Below are positions 51,681-63,394 of a stretch of DNA of 64,000 bases, piece after piece. The stretch lies in assembly GCA_002269645.1 (NCBI GenBank), contig NIVC01000172.1, positions 148,558 through 212,557 of the forward strand, read 5' to 3'. A model generated the notes under the pieces. That model ran no database searches. It saw only the letters and a program-made list of their open reading frames with translations, and was not told where the DNA came from. The translations under genes and the position numbers were made by a program. This DNA comes from Macrostomum lignano (taxonomy: Eukaryota). The stretch's first letter is position 1, and the number at the start of each line of letters is the position of its first letter.

Positions 51681-52563
51681 TATAGAAGGCTTCCGTCGAA
51701 CGCCTTGTAATTAGTCAGCAGCAATTTTTTAAATCAGTCCCAAGTATAACCGGCCAGACGGCGCCAATACTAGTTCTCTTCCGCACTTTCTCCGCCAGTC
51801 TCGAGAAGAAAGCTTGGGGTCGAAATTGACGCCCGAAATCTTCCATTTAAGCTGCTCTGCCCGATGTGCTTCAACGGTATTGTATGTACGTCCCTATATG
51901 GTTTGTACACGAGGGCCAACCCCCCCCCTCCCAAGGCGCAGTGTGTACATGCTCACCGCTGATTGTGGGACGATGTCGATGAAGGCTTGTGTCAGGGTCA
52001 GGGAAAAAATTTCTCTGCGTTCTTCAAAATGAAATGTTTATTAAATGCCAACTGAAAGATGCAATGCACGTTTTTTTGCTCGTGCCTTTAAAGAAGCTTT
52101 ACCCGTAACTAAGCTAATTTTTTGCTAAACTAAAAATCTACAGAAGCATTTTAAGTTCTAAAATTTAATTTTAAAATGCTAAGGAACTTTGAAAGACGGT
52201 TTCGTTGCGGTAAAATGTAACGTTGGCAACGTAAATGTATTAAAAATTAACATTGCAGTCTGGTGAAAAAATATTATAGCGTGGATAGAACTAACTATTA
52301 GCTCCTAAAACTACTCTAGATTCTATATTTGGCTATATCTAAGCGCCTCTAAAATAAAAAGCCATACCTACCACCTAATAAAAATCCATGGAGCATTATA
52401 AAATTCACTAAATCGTACGTAAAAGCAGCACTGCGTGTTAAGAGTTCTTTCCAACTTTTTACTCTGCCTACCCAAACTTCAATGCATGCATTTTCACTTT
52501 GTTGGACACGTCACTATGCTATAAACTCAATGTCTGTATCGAAGCTAAAAATTCTTGCCGTGG

Positions 52564-53712
52564 CTAGCGCGTTATTTCACTGTCCTGAGCTCGCGGCTTC
52601 ATTACCCACGACAACTGGCGCTTCAGCAGATTCTGGCACTGCTCAATGCTGACCGGCTGGTTGGCCCGCAGGATGCAGAAGTTTTTCGGCGCTCCAAATC
52701 TAGATTGGGCCATCTCCGAACGGACCTCGATGTCGCACTGAGTTATGCTGGAAATTTTGCGAATACGCCGGTCGTTCGGGTCGCAGATCACTTTCTCCAG
52801 CTGTTCAACAGTCCAGTTGAGTATTTGAAAGCAGCGACTGACCGGCTGCGACGTTTTTGTATCATCGTTGGGTGGTTGGGTTTCTCCTGCTGCATCGCAG
52901 GTGATACCGAAGTTTGTGACCGGGTAACTTGGGTCGCACTGTCCCGATTCCGGGGCCACGCGCAGCAGTGTTTCATTGCCGGCTGTAAAATTCAGGTTGG
53001 GTACATGTAACAACTACTGGGACAGAACAACAAGCCTCCAACCGGATCGGAGGAGGTGGGTGGCACGGGTCAGAGACACGGAGGGAGGAGCGCGAACGGA
53101 CGAGATAGAGGAAGCAGTACAGAGCGCATAAAGTGTACAGAGCAGGGCAAGGAGCGGTGCCCAACCGGCCATCAACCCCCGCAAACGTCCTCACAAAAAG
53201 GCCTCGCTAATCAGTATCTTTCTTTGGACTTTACTAAAATAAAAATGGAGTGGAAGACGTCTGTACATGGAGATCAAATGGAATTTTCCAACGGCTTACC
53301 ATTACGAGCGCTACTAAAAAATTCACAATTACTCACAGGTAGCGAAGTCGTTAGCTAAGCCTTCTACACTGCCGCTCGGCCCGCCGAAACCAGTTGTTGG
53401 TTCCATCATTGCATTGGCAGCTGTGCCAGCCGCAGCGGGACTGGTATCGGCTGCAGCAGCGGCCGTCTCGTCATCAGCCGGGTCGGCCATCAAAAGACCC
53501 TCGCTGAGCGGGAAGCGATGGGCGCAGTTGGGACACTGCACTCGAAGTTCGTTCAAGGCTCCGGTGATGACCGAGCCATCGTCATCCGAGCCGTCAGCGT
53601 TGCAGCTGCTGCGACGGCTATCGGACGCGATGCTGCTCTCGTCGCCGTTTGGAACCCGATGTTGCGGCTTCCTCACTCTGTAGTTGGATGTGCTGCTTTG
53701 GTAGCCGCTCAT
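52564..53712 (-). CDS. Uncharacterised 2-exon protein (about 264 aa): low-complexity N-terminus and possible degenerate KH-like C-terminal domain
   Basis: Exons 53712-53337 (donor GTGAGT, phase 1) and 52982-52564 (acceptor TTTTACAG) join in frame, with gene-like GC content. The C-terminus reads FQILNWTVEQLEKVICDPNDRRIRKISSITQCDIEV..NFCILRANQPVSIEQCQNLL. Confidence 0.65.
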
Positions 53713-54100
53713 TCTTTTATTGAGTGCTTATAATTTTACTAACAATTATTTTGATCTCTTCCAAGCTCTCAATCAGTCAGTTCTGTCTAAGATAAAGTAT
53801 GCATTGGTGGTGAATTTTGCCATAGAAGTTACAAAAGTTACAAAAAATCTATTTCCGGGCAGTGACACTTTCCATAAAGCAAGCAGAGAAACTTGATGAG
53901 GAGCCTGGTGTGCTGCAGCCTGTCGATTTTATAGTAGAGATCGGCAACCACTAACATCTGCACACTAGCCAGCATAGGGCATGTATAGCTGCTGGACAAG
54001 CATAACTTTTAATCCTTGGCAGGGACAATTCTGAAAGACGCAGGTCTGCCTATAGTTTTCGGCTGTAAGTCAAAGTCTAATTTTATAATCATTGTAACTA

Positions 54101-54887
54101 CGAGGGGTGTCCCAGAAGTAGTGTCACTTTTGCTTGCTTCCACAAGTATTAATGTATGTCTAAAAAATCATATGCCTTAAAAGTTAGCAACTTATTTTAG
54201 CTTTCATGCCACGAAAGTCCGATTTTTATATGTGCTTCCTGCTGTAAGCAGCATGCATTTGTTCGCATACCCTTGGCCATAGAAATACACACCGCATAGT
54301 GCTTCTATGCTCACTCAGAAGAAAGCCACAAGTACAGCTGATCAAGCACAGAGTTGCAAGACAGCAGCTGCAAGATTTGTTCCAGTCATGGACCCTAACA
54401 TTCACTCTACAGAAGGGCAGAGACATGCAATTTTTACACTTTGGAGTCTTGGTCAGAAATGCCCTGATATTCACGAAAACTTGACCCGCATTCACGGTCC
54501 CGATTCCATCAGTCGACGAACAGTTTACAGGTGGATCGAACAGTTCGAGGCTGGCTGTAGATATCAAAGGCCAACCACCTTTGGGTAAGTTGGCAAAACA
54601 TACTGCCGGCCAGCCTCGAACTGCTGTCTTGCAACTCCTGCTTGATCAGCTCTATACTTGTGGCTTTCTTCTGAGTGAGCATAGAAGCACTATGCGGTGT
54701 GTATTTCTATGGCCAAGGGTATGCGAACAAATGCATGCTGCTTACAGCAGGAAGCACTTATAAAAATCGGACTTTCGTGGCATGAAAGCTAAAATAAGCC
54801 GCTAACTTTTAAGGCAAATGATTTTTTAACACATTAATTCACTTGTGAAAGCAAGCAAAAGTGACACTACTTCTGGGACACCCCTCG
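54101..54887 (+). mobile_element. 787-bp mariner deletion derivative with about 267-bp TIRs, TA TSD and a residual N-terminal HTH
   Basis: TA|CGAGGGGTGTCCCAGAAGT...ACTTCTGGGACACCCCTCG|TA; TIRs 54101-54367 and 54621-54887. ATG 54388 begins QRHAIFTLWSLGQKCPDIHENLTRIHGPDSISRRTVYRWIEQFEAG. Confidence 0.9.
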
Positions 54888-55643
54888 TATATATTTTCGA
54901 ATTAACAAAACTTTTAATAACGCGCTTTTAGTCGAAGTCTACTATATGCGAGCTAAAAACTTTACTATTTTAAAACAGATAAAATAATTTAAAGCAGCAA
55001 CTACATGTATGAAGCATATAGTTATTCTGACATTAAAAGAATTGTACGTAAAAATCCAAGCAGAGTACAATCAGATCTGCAGTCTTTTTGTCGCTTCTTG
55101 TAGCTTTCTCAACCTGGTTGCAGAGCTGAGCAGTCGGTCTCACAGCGGGTAGACCATTGTCTCGTACAGCTGAGGAACTATAGCTGGTCGTACCTAGAAA
55201 TTTATAGTTTCAAGAATATATTAGCTGCAAATTACACTTTTTCAACATCCTTAATAACAAGCTAGTGTGGACCAAATCGCCAAGAAAGGCAGCAAAACAG
55301 GCAAAGCAAGTAGTTCGGTCCATTGTCCCCTCTCTCTCAACCGAGCCATGAGTCATTTAAGGGAGATGTACATGTTCTTCTCTGGCAACGTGCCAGATAT
55401 ATGTATGTAAATTGACAAATCTTTTTTTGCGTATTTCCTCTATGTAATCTTGCGTTTAGTGGCCCCCAATTGGGTCGTTTTTTATTTTTGCATGTTGTGT
55501 ACAATCTATTTAGAGCGTCTCGTATCATAGTTATACGATCGATAATTTAGACCTCCGTGCGCGTGGCGCACGAAGAGGTCCAGTTTTATACTTTTTAATT
55601 ATAACCCGCCTCGTCTCGGTCAACCACCTCTCATCTCTCTCCT

Positions 55644-55973
55644 GAGAACACGAGAAATGCCCACAGACGAATTGCCCGCCGAGGTTTTTCCCGCCGAGGT
55701 TTGCCCGCAATGCTTCTTTCCTACAGCGCATTTGGCCACGCGGAAGATTTTGTCTACATTGCCTCCCCAATGCTTAATAAGTCTTAATAAAGAGATTCAC
55801 CCGATCAAACGTTTTGATAGTAAATGCATATCAAATGCATATTATTTTTTTGTGGGGGGCACTGCAGACAGAATCTAGCTGCCAATTGCGCTGTAGGAAA
55901 AAAGCATTGCGGGCAAACCTCGGCTGGAAAAATCTCGACGTGCAATTCGCTCGAGGGCAATTCTCATGGACCC
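55644..55973. mobile_element. 330-bp MULE-type MITE with about 95-bp TIRs and a 9-bp TSD (CTCTCTCCT)
   Basis: The TSD is at 55635-55643 and 55974-55982. The TIR core ccgaggtttgcccgcaatgctt.tttcctacagcgca is inverted at both ends. Confidence 0.85.
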
Positions 55974-56117
55974 CTCTCTCCTCTCGCTCTTCCGATTTTA
56001 CATGTAGGAGCGATTAAAAACTTCACTGTCCGTCTGTTGCTAAATTTAGCTTCAAGTGTTAATTCATTCCTAATTAATTATTTTTCCCACTAGCAATTGG
56101 ACACCACGGTTTCTAGA

Positions 56118-56283
56118 CCCGTGTAGCAATCCGACGTCGGCCGAAGTTCCCGATATCTATCGACGTCTCTAACAAATATGTACTTTTACATTGCATCGAC
56201 GTTCAACTGACGTTATAGCATCGTTATCCGTCAATGTAATGTAAAAGTACACGTTTGTCGGCAACGTCGAATTGATGTACGGG
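56118..56283. mobile_element. 166-bp MITE with CCC...GGG termini and a 3-bp TSD (AGA), CMC/EnSpm-like
   Basis: aga|cccgtgtagcaatccgacgtcgg ... caacgtcgaattgatgtacggg|aga. Confidence 0.7.
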
Positions 56284-56476
56284 AGAAGCATATCTCATTA
56301 CAGTTCTTCCCATTGCATGGCCCTCTTGCGGCATAGAAGAGGAAACCGTTGAGCAACACCTTACATTCTGCCCTGAGCTGAGGACTTCCAACTCTATCTA
56401 TGAACTGCGCGCCCTCGTCTGGGGCACGTATCGATGAATAAACATTTCTCACGCCAAGCTTTAGTGCGCTAAATTT

Positions 56477-58009
56477 TCAATTGGACTTTCCAACAGCTAC
56501 AGAGTGATACTGTATACTGCAGTGTGTCGAGCATGTCCATCGGCTCCGTCTGACGAAACTCACCGTCCCAGCGGCGCTGCTTTTGTCAATCGACGCGTTC
56601 GTCGCCGCTTTGTCAATCGTCGTCGGCGGATCGACGCAGAAGTCTTTGGCGTAGCCCTCGGCGGCCACCGCCTGGCGGAACTGCGGCAGCGCGGGGCCCC
56701 AGAAGGCAGTCGGGCGAAGCAGCAGCCTCGGTGTGCGGCGCAGGCGCCAGACGACCCGCGCCGAAACGATGGCACCGATGATCAGAACGCTGCTGGTCAT
56801 CAGCCAGCCGACCGCCTGCGACCAGGTGGGCAGCTCGCGGCCGGCGTATTGAGAGGGGGCGAAATCCACCCAGGAGTAAACCATGATCACCTGCGTGGGT
56901 TGAGCAGATAGGAGAAAGATTAATTGGGGTCCCATTTGCATCTGCGTCTACTTCTCCATCTCTTTCCAGAAAGCTCACAGCGAGAAAGGCGGGCGAAATT
57001 AAGCCCCAGCATAGAATCCACCACCACTTAGTCAGGCGCCAGGGCACGCAGCCGCAAACCAGCGGCCCCGTCATCACGCCGATGTCGTTAGCAAATCGTC
57101 GGGCTCCGTAGATCCAGGCAACCGCCAAGCACTCGAGCACAGATAAAGCCATCACGTTCCAGCTTCCGCTATAGTCGTCAAAGATGGTCAGCAGCTCTGG
57201 CCCGCCCGGGGTGCACATGCTCAGGCCAATTAAAAACATCACCGTTGAGGCCGAAATTATTAGCAGCGCTTTGTACTTTCGGGCTTGGGGCCACTGGTCC
57301 TGGAAGAGTAGGGTTGGTTGGATGGGTTTACTTTCCAATTGGTATAGCTCGTAGGTTGGTTTCCAATTGTATCTTAGATGATAGCTTGCCCCCGATGGTG
57401 TCTTGGAGGTTGTTTTGGTCCCCGATGGTGTCTTGGAGGTTGGTTTCGTCCCCGATAGTGTCTTGGAGGTTGGTTTGGTCCCCGATGGTGTCTTGGAGGT
57501 TGGTTTGGTCCCCGATGGTGTCTTGGAGGTTGGTTTCGTCCCCGATGGTGTCTTGGAGGTCGGTTTGATCCCTGATGGTGTTTTGGAGGTTGGTTTCGTC
57601 CCCGATGGTGTCTTGGAGGTCGGTTTGGTCCCTGATGGTGTCTAGGAGGTTGGCTAGTCACTAACCGTCGTACAAGTTGGTCGTACAGATCTGTGTTGGC
57701 TAAAAACTGTCTTGAAGATGCCGGTTGATTACTGACTATCTCTCAGAAGCTTCTCTCACCTGCACAGCCGTAATAAGAGTCTCAACCATGGTGAACTGCG
57801 AGTCCAAGCCCAGCGTAACCAGCATTAGAAAGAATAGAATGGCCCACAGGGGTGACACTGGCAGCTTTGTCACCACCTGGGGATAGACAATGAATGCTAG
57901 GGATACGCCTGAAAATTAGTGCGCAGTTTCTTTGGAAAATTTAATTACACTCTAAAATTAGTCTCTGTTCTGAATTATGAAATCCATTTTCTTCAAACCA
58001 TAATTAACC

Positions 58010-58085
<76 letters not shown>

Positions 58086-58098
58086 CACTCACTCACTC

Positions 58099-58133
<35 letters not shown>

Positions 58134-58160
58134 TACTAACTAACTAACTAACTAACTAAG

Positions 58161-58208
<48 letters not shown>

Positions 58209-58209
58209 C

Positions 58210-58248
<39 letters not shown>

Positions 58249-58249
58249 C

Positions 58250-58293
<44 letters not shown>

Positions 58294-58302
58294 GACTAAC
58301 TT

Positions 58303-58353
<51 letters not shown>

Positions 58354-58354
58354 G

Positions 58355-58389
<35 letters not shown>

Positions 58390-58394
58390 CACTC

Positions 58395-58425
<31 letters not shown>

Positions 58426-58434
58426 CACTCACTC

Positions 58435-58481
<47 letters not shown>

Positions 58482-58510
58482 GACTCACTAACTAACTAAC
58501 TAACTAACTC

Positions 58511-58548
<38 letters not shown>

Positions 58549-58568
58549 AAACTAACTAACTAACTAAT

Positions 58569-58617
<49 letters not shown>

Positions 58618-58624
58618 TATTAAT

Positions 58625-58687
<63 letters not shown>

Positions 58688-60902
58688 TTTACTAACTCGC
58701 TGACTAACTAATGCAACAAACTAGAGTGCTCCTGCCACTGACGTTCTGAAGCTGGCACCTTAGCTTCACGGTGAAGCTTTTCCTCAAGCCAACACCCTCA
58801 ATCCATCGTCACAGAGGAGTCCCCCACTCACCACTGTCCACCACTTTGTCGAGGTCAATGCCAGTCTCGTTGGCAAGAAAGCCAAGAAAGCTGAATACCA
58901 CAACACCCGACAGGATCGAGGTGAAAAAGTCCGAAACAACAACGGCCATGGTGTCGCGGACAACGTCCGTGCGGAACCGGTTGTAACTGGCCAGGGTAAT
59001 CAGACCTCCTCCGCCGGTTGACAGCGAGTAGAATATCTGCACTGCGGCGTCCTTCCACACCGTGGCCTCCCTCAGTTTGTGCATCTGCGGCCTCAGCAGG
59101 AACCAGACGCCTTCGCTTGCGCCCGGCAGAGTGAGGCCACGGACTAGCAGGATGAACATGACGACGTACGGGAACAGGGCGGTGAAGTAAACCACCTGCG
59201 CGGGTTGTTAGGGTGCGTTAGTTTCCGATTTGCATGCAATTTCATCTTCCTCGGCTGTTGGTTGGTTGGTTACCACTGAGCTCAGGGACATGCATGGCGG
59301 TAACCATCTATATGATCGTCAGGTCAAGGACCACTGTACTTTAACAGGACATTGACCTCAAGATCGTGTAATTTTTAAGAGACCAATTTCCTGGAAAAAA
59401 GCGCAGTCGAGATATGAAATAATCATTTTTTCATCACATAATCATGAGTTGCATGTGATCTGGGTAAGTGTAGAAATAAATTTATTTAATCTAACATGCG
59501 CAACATGTTAATCTGTTGTATTTTATATTGTTGTATAGGGAAAGTTCAATTTTCATACTGTTTTTTCATAAGCCCAAGCCAAAGTTGCAAATGCTCACAA
59601 GAGAAATGTTTGTTTTGTTCCTTCTTAGATCCAGTATGTTTGCAAAATAGGTTGCATGCAGGTCTTTTTAAGCTATTATTGTAGGTATAGTTTTATTTGA
59701 ATGAATATTAGTAGCTATTCTTAGACCTTGTCTAAATAATGAAATGTAGACAATCTTTAACTATATCAATATCATTTTCATATTGTTGTTGACCTAGGCC
59801 TAGGCAAAGTTCTGAAGCATTCGCACTAACCGCTGGGCTACCCTGCTCCAGAAGTTCCGCCATGGACAACCTTTATCACAACATCTAACAGTCTTGGGGG
59901 CCTTAGATAACGAAACCCTCACCTTTCCTGAACTTTTGATCCCTTTAATTAGTGACAGGCAGACTACGATCCAGGCAAGCGCCAGGCAGAGGCTCATGTC
60001 CCAGCGCAGGGGGCCAAGGTTGCTTATGCTGCCCAGCTTGTCTTGCAGACTGACGTAGCTGGAATGGAATTGGATTTCAGCTGCGTAAGGAGGGTGTACT
60101 GAGGGCTGGATGAGGGTGTACTGAGGGCTGGATGAGGGTGTACTGAGGGTTGGATGAGGTGTACTGAGGGTTGGATGAGGGTGTACTGAGGGCTGGATGA
60201 GGGTGTACTGAGGGCTGGATGAGGGTGTACTGAGGGCTGGATGAGGGTGTACTGAGGGCTGGATGAGGGTGTACTGAGGGTTGGACAAGGGTGTACTGAG
60301 GGTTGGATGAGGGTGTCCTGAAGACTTGATAATAGTTAAATTTGTTTTTAATTTTTGTGATGTATTTTTCAAACAAAGAACCAAAGTCTGAAGGCCAGCA
60401 AAATAAAAATTTCCAAGTTTATGAGTTACATGCTCAATTTTACTCACTTTAAAAACTCAATGCTCTCAGATCTCGCTGTGTAATTGACCGAATTCGCCAG
60501 TTCAACATCGTAGATTCCAAACAGACTCCTAGTGCCGTTCTTTTCCAACCAACAAGTTCCGTTAATGCCGGTCTGGTTGTCAATGTAAACATCTGGCAGG
60601 TGGTTGCAGGAGCTGTTCACGGTGCTCAGGCGGCTGCTGCAGACTGCATTGGTTAGGGAGAAAGCATTTGGATCTTGGATTTTATAAACAGATAAACAAG
60701 ACTTCTAAGGATATTTCACTCACCTTGGCTGCTCCAACTGCCGCAGTAGGACCAGGGCAGGACGCTGGTGAATGATGCGAACAGGTACCAGATTGACCAG
60801 GCCATCAGGACGTTGTAGTAGATTGCGACCAGAGCTGAGACCAACACCATGCTCACCCCCATGCCTGCGGAGACGGTGGGGCGTGTAGACAAAACCACAC
60901 TA

Positions 60903-60995
<93 letters not shown>

Positions 60996-61736
60996 CAGTT
61001 GCTCACCCCGCAGGCCTGGCGCAAACTCCCAGCAGCGCAGCGGGCCGCAGCTGGTGAACTGGCCCAGGCTCAGCTCCATCATGAAGATCGGAGTGCCGCT
61101 GAACACCAGGAAGGCGAGGAAGGGAATTAGGAAGGCACCTGGAAGTGGATTTGGCAGTTTTAGGTAACCTGTCCCACTGAGAACAATTTTATCTATTCAA
61201 ATAGAATTCCCTGTACAGTCTGATTTCAATTGCAGGACTGTATCGACTGTATTCTACCGACTGACCACTGGCTCTAAATTCTCTGATCACAGAACACAAC
61301 CAGCCCGCTTCGATCCCAAGCGCTGACCTCCGCCATTCTTATAGCACAGGTAGGGAAACCGCCACACGTTCCCGAGGCCCACGGCGCAGCCCAGGCAGCT
61401 GAGGAAGAAGTCCAGCTTCCCAGTCCAGTTGCCGCGCTCCGCATTCTCGTCGCCGCCTTCGAATGCGATAGACAGGCCGCGCTTCTTGGCGAGCTGCACC
61501 ATCAGCTGCAATGTTTGGGCGTTCGGTGGTTTGGCTGAGTTCGATATCTGATCCCAATTGTCTAATCCCCAAGTCCCAAATATTTGGTTTTCTTAATCTA
61601 CCTCCGTCTGGTTTCGTTCGAGTTTGTCCACCGCAGCTCTGATCTCCTTCACGTCCGTCTCCATGGAAACGTAGCCCTCGTTAGTGGCTCCCACGCCAGT
61701 TGGCCTTGTCGACATAGGATCTACAGGCTGTTCCAT
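56477..61736 (-). CDS. SLC6 sodium/chloride-dependent amino-acid transporter (GlyT/PROT-like scaffold), about 735 aa, 10 exons
   Basis: Phase-consistent exons: 61736-61602, 61547-61328, 61138-61007, 60864-60724, 60643-60448, 60058-59923, 59195-58832, 57908-57760, 57299-56979, 56890-56477 (the last exon may splice at a GTGAGT donor at 56563). Motifs: [59 protein letters not shown]. Confidence 0.93.
57389..57655. repeat. 30-bp minisatellite (CCCCGATGGTGTCTTGGAGGTTGGTTTGGT), about 9 copies, intronic
   Basis: Directly visible. Confidence 0.95.
58008..58710. repeat. (TAAC)n microsatellite, about 175 units, intronic
   Basis: Directly visible, with occasional TCAC/TGAC variants. Confidence 0.97.
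60088..60316. repeat. 22-bp minisatellite (GAGGGTGTACTGAGGGCTGGAT), about 10 copies, intronic
   Basis: Directly visible. Confidence 0.95.
60903..60995. repeat. (GACA)n microsatellite, intronic
   Basis: Directly visible. Confidence 0.95.
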
Positions 61737-62632
61737 TGCTGTGTGTTTGTTTTTCTAGTTCAGCAATAATTGCTCTTTCAGAGCGAGGTTTTTGCAAGTA
61801 GCAACCCGCTGTCGGGGTACTTCATGCCATTAATACAGCTCACTTGAATGCCTTCGGACGCGGGTGGGGGTGGAGGTTTGTTTTACATTTCCAGTGGTTG
61901 TGTGCCCCAGTAACTAAGCAGCAAAGCATTTTCGCTTTCTCCGAGACCATTAGCACAAAGGTAAATATTGACATGGGCAGTCAGAGGGTGTAGGCTACTA
62001 GCCGCCGAAAAATTCCAATTACTATATAGCAGAGAAATAAAGAAAAAACTCACAATAAAAGGTAAATAAATATATTTGCGCAGAGCCAAGTCTAAGTCAA
62101 GCTCTGCATGCTGGTTAACTATACATGCCCTGGTTTAACATACCATAGCTTTGTATTTGCATCAGCCCATGCCTAGCCCAAAGTCAAGTATCAAAATTTA
62201 TGCTTTGGATGGCTTAGTCAAAGAGCGTTTGAGCTTTGAAGATCTGTTCGTCAGAAAAGGCACTCTTTGCACTGCGACTCTTTCTGATCGTGAGGAAATG
62301 GTTTTCTCTGCACTGTGACTCTCTCATCTGATGGTGAGAAGAATCTGCAATTTGAAACCTCTGTTAGCTTAATTCAGAACTATGTCAGTCTTGTGAAGGT
62401 CTATAGATTCAAGTTAAAGTTGGGTGAGCTGAAGTACTCAATCAAAACTCAATGAGGCATAACGACATGAAGTTTATGCGGAATTAATCTCGTAAGTTTC
62501 AAACTGCAGCGCAAATTGATAAAAAGTTTTTATTTGATCTTTCCGATTTCTGCATTTTATCTCGTAGATATTGTTAGGTTTATTAATAGAGCTGTGTAAG
62601 AAGTTTCGCTTCCCGACATGAGTTTAAGTTGA

Positions 62633-63394
62633 TCACTCGAACGGCGACAGGCACTCGGCCACTGCACCGATGTATTCTTCCGAAAAGTTTGAAAAGTCGT
62701 TCAGACCAGGTAGCGCATTATGGATTGACACACAGTCCTCAGCTCCTATTTTGTCGTCTGGCTGACTTATGCCGCTCGAGTCCCACAGGCTGCCCTTAAT
62801 GCTGGAGTTGCAGCTGGCCCAGAACCAGCCTCCGCTCGGCTCCTCGCTGCCGGGCAGCTGCCAGCCACCGAGCATCACGCTGGTCGACGGCTCGTTGGGC
62901 ACGAAGCTCTTGACGTGGCTGATTTCGGCAGAGTCGGTGATGTCAGCCATGATGGTAAGTCCGGGCTCAGCATCGATGATGGACTTCGCCAAAAAGAAGT
63001 CCTTGAAACCGGGATAAAACTTGTACTTTGTGCCGCAAAGGTCGTCAGAGAATCCGGCAGGGCACAGAGCTCCGGGCGGCAGTCCCGGCTGCTGCCTCAC
63101 GAACACCGGCGCCCTGCGAGTGCAGCCGCAGTCTCTCACGCGCTTGCTGCACCTGTTGAACACGAACAGCTGGCACGGACCGTCGGCCAAGCTGAACGCC
63201 TGACAGTCTCGTTTTGAGTTGCACAGGCCTGCGCACACGATTTTGGACGAGGCATCGCTGCGAGTCTGCACGAACTCGGGCCTGATGCACTGCAGACTGT
63301 CGAGCTCGAAGTAGCGGACGGCAGAGGCGGCAGCCAGCAGTGCAGCCGCCGCCGCAGCAGCGACGAGGCCCAGGCGGCGAGTCATCGTTGCCAA
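62633..63394 (-). CDS. Secreted PAN/apple + C-type-lectin-like protein, 253 aa, intronless
   Basis: An Ala/Leu-rich signal peptide is followed by the PAN pattern CAGLCNSKRDCQAFSL..CQL and CTLD motifs CPAGF, VMLGG..GGWFW, W...QPD...EDCV, LND. Confidence 0.8.
   Translation of the reverse strand: MATMTRRLGLVAAAAAAALLAAASAVRYFELDSLQCIRPEFVQTRSDASSKIVCAGLCNSKRDCQAFSLADGPCQLFVFNRCSKRVRDCGCTRRAPVFVRQQPGLPPGALCPAGFSDDLCGTKYKFYPGFKDFFLAKSIIDAEPGLTIMADITDSAEISHVKSFVPNEPSTSVMLGGWQLPGSEEPSGGWFWASCNSSIKGSLWDSSGISQPDDKIGAEDCVSIHNALPGLNDFSNFSEEYIGAVAECLSPFE

Noticed and set aside
57389-57655. 30-bp (and 18-, 22-bp) arrays as possible CRISPR arrays
   Set aside because: The units are head-to-tail with no unique spacers, lie inside spliceosomal introns, and no cas genes are present.
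58008-58710. (TAAC)n as an array of branch-point (CTAAC) signals
   Set aside because: The host gene is transcribed from the other strand, so the pre-mRNA contains GUUA, not CUAAC.
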